DNA of 64,000 nucleotides from an uncultured Methanoregulaceae archaeon (GCA_963841015.1 CAWJAX010000003.1:288001-352000); one strand, 5' to 3'. Positions 10,226 through 21,079 are shown, counted from the stretch's first letter. The notes: a model not told the origin generated them from the letters alone. Made by a program: numbers and translations.

Positions 10226-10245
10226 ATATTCTTAAATTAGAATAT
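10226..10245. promoter_or_regulatory. Palindromic operator overlapping the TATA box of the PadR-ABC operon
   Basis: ATATTCT-N6-AGAATAT with perfect arms, overlapping TTATATAT (10222-10229). Confidence 0.55.
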
Positions 10246-10252
10246 TTTAATT

Positions 10253-10808
10253 ATGGAATATTCAGATCCGGGAATTAACGAACGTGAAGCAGTGTATCCT
10301 CGGGTTACTCTGTGAAAAACCGCTCTATGGATACACCATTGAAAAGATTATCGAGGAGCGGGGGATGCGGCACTGGACGGAGATCGGGTTTTCATCCATT
10401 TATTATGTGCTGAAGCGTCTTGAGAGCCGGAACCTGGTTGTAAGCTCCTGCCGGCAGCAGGAAAATAAACCGTCAAGGAAAGTGTTTACTATCACGATTG
10501 AGGGGGAGCACCAGATGAAAGAGAAAGTCAGAGCCCTGCTCTCAAAGAATCAGCGGATTGTTTCACCATTCGATCTGGGTATAGCACATCTCGGGCTCCT
10601 GTCAGCTTCAGAAACGATCGCGTGCCTGAATGAGCGCATTAAAGCACTTGATGCAGCCATTGAACATGTCAACACTCATCGCATTCAGCATGAGAAGATG
10701 AAAAAACCCTATTTTCTCCTGGCACTTTCCGACCGTGCACTCGCACATCTATGCACGGAAAAGATCTGGGTAGAGAAATTCATTGCCGAGGTGAAACAGC
10801 ATGTCTGA
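10253..10808 (+). CDS. PadR-family transcriptional regulator (1-nt frameshift near 10292)
   Basis: ILGLLCEKPLYGYTI...IYYVLKRLE...RKVFTIT. ATG 10253 (MEYSDPGINEREA) joins this frame if one base is removed at GCAGTGTATC. Confidence 0.85.
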
Positions 10809-11808
10809 ACCGGTTTCTGGTAACGATACGGTAATAATCAGAGTTGAAGACCTTGAACACTCCTACGGGGCTTTCAAGGCAGTTGCTGGGATCAGTTTCT
10901 CGGTAAAAAGAGGTGAGATCTTTTCGTTTCTTGGTCCCAACGGTGCGGGAAAAAGCACTGCAATCAATGTTCTCATTACTCTCCTTGCAAAACAAAAGGG
11001 TACAGCGACTGTAGATGGGTATGATGTAACAAACGATCCCCAGAAAGTCCGCGAATCCATCGGTATTGTTTTTCAGGACATTACCCTTGACCGTGACATG
11101 ACGGTCTGGGAAATTCTCGAATTCCATGGCAGACTCTACAATATGGCCCGTGAAGAACGTAAAAAACGTATTGACGAACTCCTCCATCTCGTCCAGCTTG
11201 AGGCAAAAAAAGATGAACGCACAAAAAACCTGAGCGGCGGTATGAAGCGCCGGCTCGAGATTGCCCGCGGACTGATGACACGCCCGAAAGTGCTCTTTTT
11301 GGACGAACCCACGATCGGACTGGACCCGCAGACAAGGATGAGGATGTGGGAATATATTAAAGGGGTGAACAATGAGGGTACAACCATCTTTCTCACAACG
11401 CATTATATGGACGAGGCAGACCAGCTCTCCGACCGGATCAGCATCATCGACCAGGGAAAAATTGTCATAACCGGAAAGCCCTGGGAACTCAAGAACACAC
11501 TCGGACAGGATCTCATCTATATAGAGACAACCGACAATGAAACCGCCATACGGCTCTTAAAAGAACTCACCAGTGTCCGCGATGTGAAGATCAAGACAAA
11601 AGGATTTGTCCTGATGGTTACCGAGGACGGAACCAAGGTCCTTCCCATAGTCATAGATACACTACGTAAAGCGGGAATCGACACCTCGACAATCAACTTA
11701 AAAAAACCTTCCATGGATGATGTTTTTGTGTTTTATACCGGAAAAGACCTCAGAGACGAACCGACCGGGAAGACGGCATTGCCCACGATGAGGGCAGGAG
11801 GGCGGTAA
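10801..11808 (+). CDS. ABC exporter ATP-binding protein (DrrA-like)
   Basis: GPNGAGKST, LSGGMKRRLE, LFLDEPT and LTTHYM motifs. Confidence 0.95.
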   Translation: MSEPVSGNDTVIIRVEDLEHSYGAFKAVAGISFSVKRGEIFSFLGPNGAGKSTAINVLITLLAKQKGTATVDGYDVTNDPQKVRESIGIVFQDITLDRDMTVWEILEFHGRLYNMAREERKKRIDELLHLVQLEAKKDERTKNLSGGMKRRLEIARGLMTRPKVLFLDEPTIGLDPQTRMRMWEYIKGVNNEGTTIFLTTHYMDEADQLSDRISIIDQGKIVITGKPWELKNTLGQDLIYIETTDNETAIRLLKELTSVRDVKIKTKGFVLMVTEDGTKVLPIVIDTLRKAGIDTSTINLKKPSMDDVFVFYTGKDLRDEPTGKTALPTMRAGGR

Positions 11809-11809
11809 C

Positions 11810-12646
11810 ATGCCCATGGGATTTACTACAATCTACTGGCGGGATATGATCCGCTTCGTCAGGTTCAAGACGCTCCTCGTCTCTTCGCTCCTCCAACCAG
11901 CGCTCTGGCTTGCCTTTTTTGGTATTGCCATGTCAAGCAATTTTGACCAGATGATGGCAGGGATCCCTGTTCCGCCGGATGTGCTCACGGTAAACTATCT
12001 GACGTTTATGGCGGCAGGTATCATCGCTATGACAACACTGTTTACCAGCCTCTTTGGCGGGATTGTGATCCTCTTTGATAAAAACTGGGGCCTGATGCGC
12101 GAGATTCTGGCAAGCCCTATGAACAGGAACCATATAATCTTCGGGATCGGGCTCTCAGGAGTTACGAAATCATTTATCCAGGCAATCATCATCATGGTCT
12201 TTGGCATCCTGATCGGCGCAGCGTTCTTTGCCGGGTTCACCGCAGTGGAGATCATCATCGGAGTTGCCGGGGTCCTTGCTTTTGTAGCGATGTTTGCGCT
12301 CGGATTCCTGTTCCTTTCTGCGGCAATTGCCATTTCGATGGAGAGTCCCGAGGGGCTGCAGGGTGTTGTTACCCTGTTAACCCTGCCGATATTTTTTACC
12401 AGCAACGCCCTCTACCCTATCGATGCACTCCCGGAGTTCTTAAAAACGATCGCAATGTATAATCCCATGACCCTGCTGATCACCGGGATACGGTATTTTG
12501 CCATCGGCCCGGATTTTATTGCTGTGGGGAAACACTACCAGTACACCCCATCGATTGTCCTTATCTCGTATTTCGGTCTCGTGGTATTTACAGCACTCAT
12601 GTTTGCGCTGGCCTGGTGGCGTTTTAAAAAAGCGGTTGTTACCTAG
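11810..12646 (+). CDS. ABC-2 type permease
   Basis: Six TM helices; YLTFMAAGI, REILASP, FTSNALYP and NPMT motifs. Confidence 0.92.
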   Translation: MPMGFTTIYWRDMIRFVRFKTLLVSSLLQPALWLAFFGIAMSSNFDQMMAGIPVPPDVLTVNYLTFMAAGIIAMTTLFTSLFGGIVILFDKNWGLMREILASPMNRNHIIFGIGLSGVTKSFIQAIIIMVFGILIGAAFFAGFTAVEIIIGVAGVLAFVAMFALGFLFLSAAIAISMESPEGLQGVVTLLTLPIFFTSNALYPIDALPEFLKTIAMYNPMTLLITGIRYFAIGPDFIAVGKHYQYTPSIVLISYFGLVVFTALMFALAWWRFKKAVVT

Positions 12647-12977
12647 AAAAATTCATTTTTTAGGGATATTTTTAAAGCTTGCAGACATCCGGTTTTTTAC
12701 TTTTGTGCTCTTCCTTCACTCATGACCATTTCATCATCTTGTGGTCATCAGGTGATAAAAAACCTGCAGAAAAATTGAGGTAGTACGCAGATTAAACTCT
12801 CTGAAAAAAATTCTGATATAGTACAATTCATGTCATTTCTTTTACCTTTCAAAATGGAATTATCTTTAGACGTCAGAATAATTCTTGTATATGAATTCGT
12901 TTGGAAGATCCGATTGTCGAAAAACCCTGATTCGCACTATGCAAACCGATTGCCGGGACAGTTGAATCAATTTTTCT

Positions 12978-13151
12978 CTCTGGAGAAATGCTCAATTAAC
13001 AAGCTAAACGCTCGGAGGGGGTTTCACCCCCGCCGCTGTGGCTCCTCCAATGCGATAACTCCCGAACAGGTGCTACGTCATCATCGCTCAGCGCACTTCA
13101 TTCGTACCAGCATCTTGAATTTCATATCAATGGAAAAGATATTCTACAGAG
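12978..13151 (-). repeat. Dispersed MITE-like repeat, copy R2: module A alone, internal hairpin deleted
   Basis: TIRs CTCTGGAGAA (12978-12987) / TTCTACAGAG (13142-13151). Reverse complement matches 56586-56793 except for a ~40-nt GGGGACA..TGTCCCC hairpin segment. Confidence 0.9.
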
Positions 13152-13209
13152 CCATTTTTTTAAAACGGTATTCCATCATAAAGAAACGAGGAAAAACCCT
13201 GATAAAAAA

Positions 13210-13226
13210 TTTGGTATTAGTCCAAA
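13210..13226. promoter_or_regulatory. Candidate DtxR-family operator 1 (TTTGG-N7-CCAAA)
   Basis: TTTGGTATTAGTCCAAA just upstream of the TATA-like TTTATTAT of the regulator gene; near-identical inverted copy at 15489-15505. Confidence 0.7.
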
Positions 13227-13258
13227 CTTTTTTATTATCACCCGGCTATCAAATTACT

Positions 13259-13741
13259 ATGGAGACAACGGATGGTCTCGAACTCTCGCCGCGAAAAGTG
13301 GAATATCTTAAATTTATCTTCGAGCGGGGCGGGACTGTGAAGACCAACGATATTGCGTCGAGATTCAGCGTTGATCCCTCAACCATCACCAAGACAATCA
13401 CCGAGATTGCCGAAGCCGGATATCTCTCACATATACCCTACCGTGGAGTCGTCCTCACGGAAGCGGGGACCCGGCTCGTTACATTCCTGATAAAGCGTCA
13501 CCGTATTCTCAGCCTTATCTTTGTCCGGTCTGGTCTCACCAACGAACAGGCTTGCCAGGAAGTCTCCCGGTTCGAGAGCTTTGTCACCAGGTCGGCAATC
13601 GACACGATGTGCCATGCAATGGGGCACCCACAGCAGGGGACCTGTGGAAAGATTACCCACGATGAAGGATGCCGGCATCCTGACAGCACTACGGTGTACA
13701 GGAATGGCCGGGCACAGTCTGATCAGCAGGAGAAGATCTGA
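13259..13741 (+). CDS. DtxR/MntR-family metal-dependent transcriptional regulator
   Basis: EYLKFIFE...IASRFSVDPSTITKTI...YRGVVLTEAG...KRHRIL...MGHP. Start ATG 13259; the ORF-track extension to 12830 runs through repeat R2. Confidence 0.9.
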   Translation: METTDGLELSPRKVEYLKFIFERGGTVKTNDIASRFSVDPSTITKTITEIAEAGYLSHIPYRGVVLTEAGTRLVTFLIKRHRILSLIFVRSGLTNEQACQEVSRFESFVTRSAIDTMCHAMGHPQQGTCGKITHDEGCRHPDSTTVYRNGRAQSDQQEKI

Positions 13742-13743
13742 CC

Positions 13744-14574
13744 GTGAGCACTGCAATGATCTCCGAACATATCCCGGACCTCGATCTCATCACCTCGTAT
13801 GCCGAGCAGCAGGACTCTTTCTTCTCCCGGGTAAGCCCGTGGACAAAATTTTTCATGCTCATCCTTATCGTCCTGATGATCACCCTTACCCGCAGCCTTG
13901 CCATCCTCACCGCTCTCTACGGGCTCATCCTCCTCGTCTACTGGCTTGCCGGCCTGCCGGTAAAAAAACTTTTCCAGTGGTACACGATGCCGGTGATCTT
14001 TGTCTTCAGCCTCGTCGGGATAATGATCTGGACAGAGCCCGGCACAGCACTCTTCTCCATCCCTCTTACCGGTTTCACCCTTACCCTGACCGACAACGGG
14101 CTTCTGCTGTTCGTTACCCTGCTCTTAAAAGCCCTGATATCCATCAGTTTCTCTCTTTTTTTCCTCATGACAACCCGGTACGAGCACTTCTCCGGCATGA
14201 TCTACCGGCTCTTCCCCGAACCACTCGATCAGATATTCCTGATGGCTTACCGCTTCCTGTTCCTGACCCTCGCGATGACCGGCTCCCTGCTCAAGGCAGT
14301 CCGGTCAAGAGGCGGGGGCCTTATCCATTCAATCCGCGTACAGGCAAGACTCTTTGCAGAAGTTGCTGGGCTCATCTTTATCAGGTCGTTTGAACGGGCT
14401 GAGCGGGTGAACAAGGCAATGGTCGCCCGGGGCTATCATGGAGCCGGGTCATACAGTGCCCGGACCACCATCCCGTCCCCGGGATTTGCCGGGTATGCTA
14501 TCCTCGCGCTGTCAACCCTTGCGATTGTCTTCACCGAATGGATTATTCCCCATGCCGGTGGGGTGCTGCCATGA
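13744..14574 (+). CDS. cbiQ: ECF cobalt/nickel transporter T component
   Basis: SPWTKF, AYRFLF, VRSRG and RSFERAERVNKAMVARGY motifs. Confidence 0.9.
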   Translation: MSTAMISEHIPDLDLITSYAEQQDSFFSRVSPWTKFFMLILIVLMITLTRSLAILTALYGLILLVYWLAGLPVKKLFQWYTMPVIFVFSLVGIMIWTEPGTALFSIPLTGFTLTLTDNGLLLFVTLLLKALISISFSLFFLMTTRYEHFSGMIYRLFPEPLDQIFLMAYRFLFLTLAMTGSLLKAVRSRGGGLIHSIRVQARLFAEVAGLIFIRSFERAERVNKAMVARGYHGAGSYSARTTIPSPGFAGYAILALSTLAIVFTEWIIPHAGGVLP

Positions 14575-15458
14575 CCATCATCCGCAGGGATCCGGGGTCG
14601 CTCCACTGCCCACCGGTCGATCCGGACAAGGAGCTTATCCACGTCGATTGTGCGAGCCACACCTATCCGGACGGAAGTGTGGGGATCCACGAAATGTGTT
14701 TCTCGGTCCTGAAGCACGAGATCGTGGCGCTCTGCGGACCCAATGGTTCCGGTAAGTCCACCCTGATAGAACACCTGAATGGTCTTCTGATACCATCACG
14801 GGGAGATATCTGGGTGAGCGGTCGATCGATCACCCATGGTGAGCGGAGTGATCTCTGGAAAGACGTGGGTATCGTCTTCCAGCGTTCTGACGACCAGCTC
14901 TTCGCCCCGACCGTGCTCGATGACGTGATGTTCGGGCCGCTCAATCTCGGGATGCCGCCGGAGACTGCCCGGGCAGCAGCGATGGAAGCCCTCACCGCGG
15001 TAGGGGCTGCGAACCTCGTTGCAAAACTCCCCAACTACCTGAGCGGAGGACAGAAGCGGCTCGTCTCCATCGCGGGGATCCTCGCGATGAGACCACGCAT
15101 CATTGCACTCGACGAGCCGACGTCAGACCTTGACCCAGTCCATAGTGCGATGACCGAGGACCTGATCCGCGGGTTGAAAGACCGTTTCAGTATAAGTGTC
15201 GTGATCGCAACGCATGACCTTGACCTTGCCGCCCGGATCGCTGACCGGGTCTGCCTCGTTAAGAACGGCTCAATCTTTGCTGAAGGACGGCCGGATGAAA
15301 TCTTCTATAATTCTGCCCTCATACTGGAAGCCGGGTTGCAGTTACCGGATACGGTAAGAACATGGCTTGAGTTCTGCGAAAAAAAGGGAATCGTTTCAGC
15401 AGACCGGCCGATTACCCGGGAACAGCTGGTGTCGCTCCTTCACCAGGCTCTGCACTAA
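14571..15458 (+). CDS. cbiO: ECF cobalt/nickel transporter ATPase
   Basis: GPNGSGKST, VFQRSDDQLFAPTV, LSGGQKR and LDEPT motifs. Confidence 0.92.
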   Translation: MTIIRRDPGSLHCPPVDPDKELIHVDCASHTYPDGSVGIHEMCFSVLKHEIVALCGPNGSGKSTLIEHLNGLLIPSRGDIWVSGRSITHGERSDLWKDVGIVFQRSDDQLFAPTVLDDVMFGPLNLGMPPETARAAAMEALTAVGAANLVAKLPNYLSGGQKRLVSIAGILAMRPRIIALDEPTSDLDPVHSAMTEDLIRGLKDRFSISVVIATHDLDLAARIADRVCLVKNGSIFAEGRPDEIFYNSALILEAGLQLPDTVRTWLEFCEKKGIVSADRPITREQLVSLLHQALH

Positions 15459-15488
15459 CAACAAGAGGAGATCCCGGAAAGGAGGAAA

Positions 15489-15505
15489 TTTGGATTAACA
15501 CCAAA
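15489..15505. promoter_or_regulatory. Candidate DtxR-family operator 2 upstream of cbiM
   Basis: TTTGGATTAACACCAAA; its reverse complement TTTGGTGTTAATCCAAA matches operator 1 at 15/17 positions. Confidence 0.7.
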
Positions 15506-15582
15506 ATCCTGGAAAAATTTTTATGCCGGTTCTCCTCAATGGTAGCATAACCGGAAAATATTTTCGTACGTGAGGTTCTTTC

Positions 15583-16233
15583 TTGGCACATATTCATCTT
15601 GAAGACGGATCGTTCTCGCTGTTCTGGGTCCTGGCATGGTGGATTATTGCCCTCTGCTTTATCGGTGTTGCCCTGGTTCTCCTGCGTTCAAAGTACAAAC
15701 CCGAACCGAAGATCATCACGATAGCCGCGTTTGTGACCGCTGCAGCGTTTGCTATCTTCCAGATCCAGATCCCAATCGCGGGAGGGGTTCATGTGAGCTT
15801 TACTCCCCTCATCGCTATTCTAACCGGCCCGGTGATCGGGACGCTCGTTATTCTCATTGTCAACATTCTTTCTGCTGCAATCGGTCACGGCGGCTGGGGG
15901 CTTGTGGGCGCAAATGTGCTCGTGAACTTCTCAGAAGTACTCGTGGCCTGGCTGGTGTTCAAGGCGATGAAGAAGATCACAAAGGACCTGTTCTCCCGGG
16001 CAGGGGTCGCAACGTTTATCGGGCTGTTAGCAGGAAACCTCGTGATGATCGCTGTCATCCTTGTCTCGGGTATACAGGGTGTGAACCAGACCTCTGCCCA
16101 GATCCTCACCGGGCTCTCCCTCATTGCCGCGATAAATATGGGTGTGGCGGTCATCGAGGCGTTCCTCACCGGGCTCATCGTTGCATATATTGGAAGAATC
16201 CGACCCGATATCCTCAATGGTGACCGGAAATGA
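15583..16233 (+). CDS. cbiM: ECF cobalt/nickel substrate-binding component CbiM/NikM
   Basis: N-terminal MAHIHLEDG metal-binding motif, GGVHVS, GHGGWGLVGAN and IEAFLTG; TTG start after GAGGT. Confidence 0.88.
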   Translation: MAHIHLEDGSFSLFWVLAWWIIALCFIGVALVLLRSKYKPEPKIITIAAFVTAAAFAIFQIQIPIAGGVHVSFTPLIAILTGPVIGTLVILIVNILSAAIGHGGWGLVGANVLVNFSEVLVAWLVFKAMKKITKDLFSRAGVATFIGLLAGNLVMIAVILVSGIQGVNQTSAQILTGLSLIAAINMGVAVIEAFLTGLIVAYIGRIRPDILNGDRK

Positions 16234-16499
16234 GCATAGTTGAGGAAAGAAAAGGTCTCATCATCTTCGGTGCAATCCTCATCATTGTCCTCATTGTAGC
16301 TCTCGCTGCCTACCAGATGACCGGCGCGATGGGCATCGAGGACCGGTATACCACAGCGCTAGGACTGCCTCCCGGAGAAGAAGAAGGGGGAGAGACCTTT
16401 TTTGGGTTTTCAGCGGAAGGGGATCCCGTGCTCTACGTGATTGTCCTTGGAATATTGATTGCCGGGTGTTATGCAGCATACCGGCATTTCAGGATATAA
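16230..16499 (+). CDS. Small two-TM ECF accessory component (CbiN/NikN-like)
   Basis: Two TM helices flanking an acidic loop; overlaps the cbiM stop (ATGA). Confidence 0.7.
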   Translation: MSIVEERKGLIIFGAILIIVLIVALAAYQMTGAMGIEDRYTTALGLPPGEEEGGETFFGFSAEGDPVLYVIVLGILIAGCYAAYRHFRI

Positions 16500-17032
16500 A
16501 TACCCTTTTTTTCAAAAGTAACCGGGAATGATGAATCCGTCTCCCGTATCCTATCTGTAATCATCCTGTTCAAAGGTGCAACTTCTGGCGTAACGTTGTT
16601 CGCAGGAGGTGTCATCATTGCCGCTTCCACATTAAATCCCGAAGCACGTGCTCGTTTGCTGGAATTCTGAAAATGGTCTCCCGACCCGGCTTTTTTTAAT
16701 CTATTCACTTTTGCGGCCAGGTTGAATCAGCATTTTAATGCCAGGAAGAGAAGTGGAATCCCCGATCAAAAGGGTGTTCTGGAAATGATTCGGGGACTTC
16801 CTGAGAATTACCTTTTCCCCGGTAATAATAAAGTCTGGCATGGCATTGTTGCATGGCATTTCTGTTTAATACTGATCGTACAGATGTGGGGCCTGCTACC
16901 AAAGGGAAGACAAGTCAAGATCATCACGAAAATCAACGGGACGGATCGGATGCGATGCCAATGATTCTCCTTCATATTACCCGTGTTCACAACGGTGAAG
17001 GAATTCACCACTACGAAAAAAAGGATTCTTGT

Positions 17033-20000
17033 TTATGATGGACGGTATCCAAGCGCCTGGACTAACGCGATCATTTCTTTTACCTGTTCTTCCTGCTTTC
17101 TTGTCAGTTTCCGGTCTTTCTGGATCAACCGGCCCATCCTGACAATCTGCAACCGCTGATCATGGGTGAGCGTTGTGGAGTGGTGTGCCCACTTAAGAAG
17201 ATCGAACCATTGTTTGCGGTTTATTGAGAAAGTAACCGGGGAACCGGTCCACCAGGTTCTTCGGAAATTTTTCCGGCGTAGTCTGTTTCTTGTTCTTTTC
17301 CGGTATCCTCATCGTTATACTCATCATCAGGATATCCTTCCGCTACCGGAACTTTCTCTGATTCGGTTTCAGCAATACCAGAAGGTTGCGATGCAGGCTC
17401 CGCTGTTGTGAGGTCTGGTTCATTTCCTTCAAAAAGATCCTCATCGCAAAAAGTTTTTACAATATCAGTACCTTCCTCAGGGGAGACTTCTGAAATGCTC
17501 TTTGAGGGTTCGGGTGAAGTCAGCTCATTTTCAGAAACCTGAGATTTTTGTACGTCAGGAGTTGTAACCTTCGCAAGAGCATGAGATGAAGACTTCACGA
17601 CAACCGGGAGGTCTGCCTCTTTTGCAATGATTTCCCTTCCCGGTTCTTTGCCAACAGCAACGGACGGTTCGTCACGGTCTATATGATCCACCCACTCATC
17701 AGCAAGAGCAATTCTTGCCTGATCACGATCATCAGTGAGGGATTTGACGATCTTTTCTGCCTCCAGTTTTTCTTTTGTAAGGATAGTTACCTGTTCTTCA
17801 AGGGATTTTTGCAAATTGCATACGAGTTCGAACTCCCGTTCAAGATTCTGAATCTTGAGAGCGCGATCCTTTTCCTGTCGCACCTGCTCATCAGTCACCG
17901 CACAAAGTTCCTGTTTGAGATGTTCCTGTTCGCGGGCCGCTGCTTTCGATGCGTCCTCTGCAGCCAGGCGTAATCTCCGTTCATTTTCAAGTATTTTATT
18001 CAGTCTTTTCCTGCTCTTCAGCAGATGAAATGAGATTCTGCTCAAGGCTTTTGTTGGTCTGCATTAATTCCTCAATGCTCTTATCACTGGCCTGGTGCAG
18101 ACTTCGTTTGGCATCGAGTTCCGCTTTTACCTTTTCAAGTTCGTCAGCAAGAGAATGTGCCTGTTCAACAGATTGTGCCCTGCTCCGATTTGCCAGATTC
18201 AGCTCATCGGCAAGCAGTTTGTTCTGTATTCTTGCAGCATCAAGATCCCTCTCAAGCGTTTTGGGAATTGCAGTTGCTTCCTCGAGATCGTGTCTCAACC
18301 TGATAAAGGTCGTTTTATACGATTCCAGGTCCGCTTTTACTCTTGTTTCAGTTTTTTCATTTTCAGCTATTGCTTCTGCGAGATTTTCTTTTAACAATTT
18401 TGTTGTGTTCTCTTCGTTTTCAAGGGATGTACGGGTGGTTTCGAGCTGCCCCCGCAGATCATCAAGTTGCTCTTTTAACGCAGTTATTGAAGAGTTAAGC
18501 GAGGTTTCCGATCGTTCCTTATCCTGCTGAAGTGATCTCAGCTGGTTTTCAGCTGAAATCCGCCGATCTGCCTCTGTTTCCAGGTCCGCTTTTACTCTTG
18601 CTTCCGTTTTTTCATTTTCATCTACTGCTTCTGCGAGATTTTCTTTCAACAATTTTATTGTGTTCTCTTCATTTTCAAGTGATGTACGGGTGGTTTCGAG
18701 CTGCTCTTGCAGATCAGCAAGGTGCTCTTTTAACCCGGTAATTGAAGAGTTAAGCGAGGTTTCCGATCGTTCCTTATCCTGCTGAAGTGATCTCAGCTGG
18801 TTTTCAGCTGAAATCCGCCGATCTGCCTCTGTTTCCAGCTCGCGCTTCAGGCTGGTCAGGTCCGCTTCCTGCTGTTGTTTTGTTTCATTGAGACCGGAAA
18901 TTATCCCGGTCAGTTCCTGCTCAGACTGTGTTTTGGTCTGCAGCAACAGTTTAAGTTCCTCTTCTGCGGATGTTGCACGTTTTTCTTCAGCAGTATATGC
19001 AGACCTGAGCTGATCACGTTCAGCCGTTAAATTATGGAGGGATTTTTCATTTTCGGTAGCAGCTTCTGCGAAATTTTCCTTTAACAATTTTGTTGTATTC
19101 TCTTCGTTTTCAAGGGATGTACGGGTGGTTTCGAGTCTGCCCCCGCAGATCATCAAGTTGTTCTTTTAACGCTGTTATTGAAGAGAGAAGGGAGGTTTCT
19201 GACTGTTCTTTATCCCGCTGAAGTGATCCGATCTGGTTTTCAGCTGAAATCCGCCGGTCTGCTTCTGCTTCCAGCTCCCGCTTCAGCCGGGTCAGGTCTG
19301 CAGTCTGTTGGGTTTTTGTCTCATTGAGACCGGTAATAATTTCTGTCAGCTCCTGTTCAGACTGCAATTTTGCCTGCATTACCGTTTTAAGTTCCTGCTC
19401 TGTGGATGTCGCACGGTTTTTCTCAGTTTCGAACGAAGATTTCAGCTGGTCAGATTCAACAGTTATCGAGCAGAGTGATGATTCCAGTTGTTCCTTATCC
19501 TTCAGCAGTGCTCCAACCTGGTTTTCTGCTGATACCCGCTGGCAGGATTCTTCTTCCAGTTCAACCTTCAGCCGGGACATATCTGCAGTCTGTTGGGTTT
19601 TTGTCTCATTGAGACCGGCTATAATTTCAGTCAGCTCCTCTTCAGACTGTCTTTTTGCCTGCATTACCGTTTTTAGTTCCTGTTCTGCTGAGGTTGCCCG
19701 GTCTTTCTCAGCCTCGAATGCAGATATCAGGTGATTATGTTCATCGGTTATCGACCGGAGTGATTTTTCTGCGAGCTCTTTTTGCTGAGCAAGCAGTTCA
19801 AGAGTGCATTCCAGAGAGGTACAATGAATCTTTTCTGCTTCAAAATCAGCCTGAACAGTTTCAAGACTCGTTGTTGCGGTATCAACCGCATTTGTCAGTT
19901 CTGAGATCTGCTGTCTGAGCATCCCGATTTCTGAGCAATATGATGTCTCGATATCCTTTTTTTCCTGGATTAAGTTCCGGATGTGACTGTCATTTGTGAC

Positions 20001-20777
20001 AATGAGAGCTTTATGATGGTCGAGTTTCTCGGTATACTGCTCGATTTCTCCAGTCTTTTGTGCAAGTAATTTTTTCTTTTCCTCAACTTCATGGGTTAAT
20101 GTCGAAATTTTTTGTTCTTTCTGCCGGAGAGTCACTTGTAAGGTATCGATGACACGGGTCTGCTCGGTGACGCTGTCTTCAAGCTGTATTGCAGATGCAG
20201 AAAGCGTCTGAAGTTCCGCATTTATACGCGACAATTCCGATGATTTACTGACCCCAATCTCAAAGGAGGAGAGGAGAAATTCAAGAAGTTTCCGGCGATT
20301 GGCAGCAACGACATAAATCCGGTCATCATGACTGATCTTGAATTGCGTTTTAATCTGGTCGGGGGTCTGCCGCTCAACAGGGGTTCCGAGCATGCTTTCA
20401 ATAATTGAAAGACTATAAGAAAGATCAAAAGGATGCGGTACGAAATTATCCGCATTACAATCCAGGACCTGTAACAGATCGGTGAGCGTGGATGCTCGGG
20501 TAAGGATGAGAACCGGGATAACCCAGAAGTCATCATCAGATTTTATCTGACGGCAGACCTCAAATCCCTCCTCGTCTAATGTCGTGCTGTCACAGATAAG
20601 GAGGTTCGGTTTTCCTGTTCTGAGTGTCTCAAGAAGGTATGTGCCGTCGGTAAAGAGGGTAACCCGGTATCCCTTTTTCTCCAGGTGCTCAGTAAACAGC
20701 GGAACCACTGTTTCACTTACGCTTAAAACGAAAATATCAATGACACTTTCGTTTCCATCTGACGGTGGGTCATTCAT
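17033..20777 (-). CDS. Large receiver-domain/coiled-coil protein (~1247 aa reconstructed; three 1-nt frameshifts)
   Basis: Joins ORFs 19110..20777, 17996..19156 and 17221..18045 plus a final frame FSINRKQWFDLLKWAHH...ALGYRPS ending at TAA 17033. Indels at ~19136, ~18004 and ~17238; the 19136 indel is confirmed against the intact internal repeat at 18441. Confidence 0.8.
18375..19275 (-). repeat. Three ~210-nt intragenic repeats in the coiled-coil gene
   Basis: Near-identical blocks start at ~18375, ~18630 and ~19065 (ETEADRRISAENQLRSLQQDKERSETSLNSSIT...LETTRTSLENEEN). Confidence 0.9.
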
Positions 20778-21079
20778 CGCTATCTCTCTTACTCAATTAA
20801 AAACTCAATAAATTCTATACCTGTATATATGATCTTGTATACTCAATTATAGCACTTCTGGTCAAAGAGACCGTGCCTGTGCTGTTCGGCAGATAAAAAA
20901 AAGTTTTTTAAATCTGATTATATGTCACATACCCGGGTGTGTTTTTTAGAGGAATCACGAAAAACAAAGGATGATCTCTGTAAAAAAGCCCGGGTTTGAA
21001 CCGAATCGGTTCAGGCATGGTTCTTCAGATCCGTTAGCCGCAGATTTTTATAAAAAAAGGTATTCCGGCTATTTATCAT

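Noticed and set aside
12830-13258. N-terminal extension of the DtxR ORF (303 aa in the track)
   Set aside because: It reads through repeat R2 and the operator/TATA region; DtxR similarity begins at ATG 13259.
13259-16499. Horizontally acquired island (visibly higher GC in the ECF operon; similarly 63122-64000)
   Set aside because: The shift is modest and judged only by eye, with no integrase, tRNA or att sites; it may reflect codon bias.
16500-17032. Short ORFs between cbiN and the coiled-coil gene
   Set aside because: Conflicting frames on both strands, with no family motif or clear start signals.
20997-21013. Palindrome TGAACCGA-A-TCGGTTCA upstream of the coiled-coil gene
   Set aside because: Single occurrence with no second copy or associated regulator; not enough to call.
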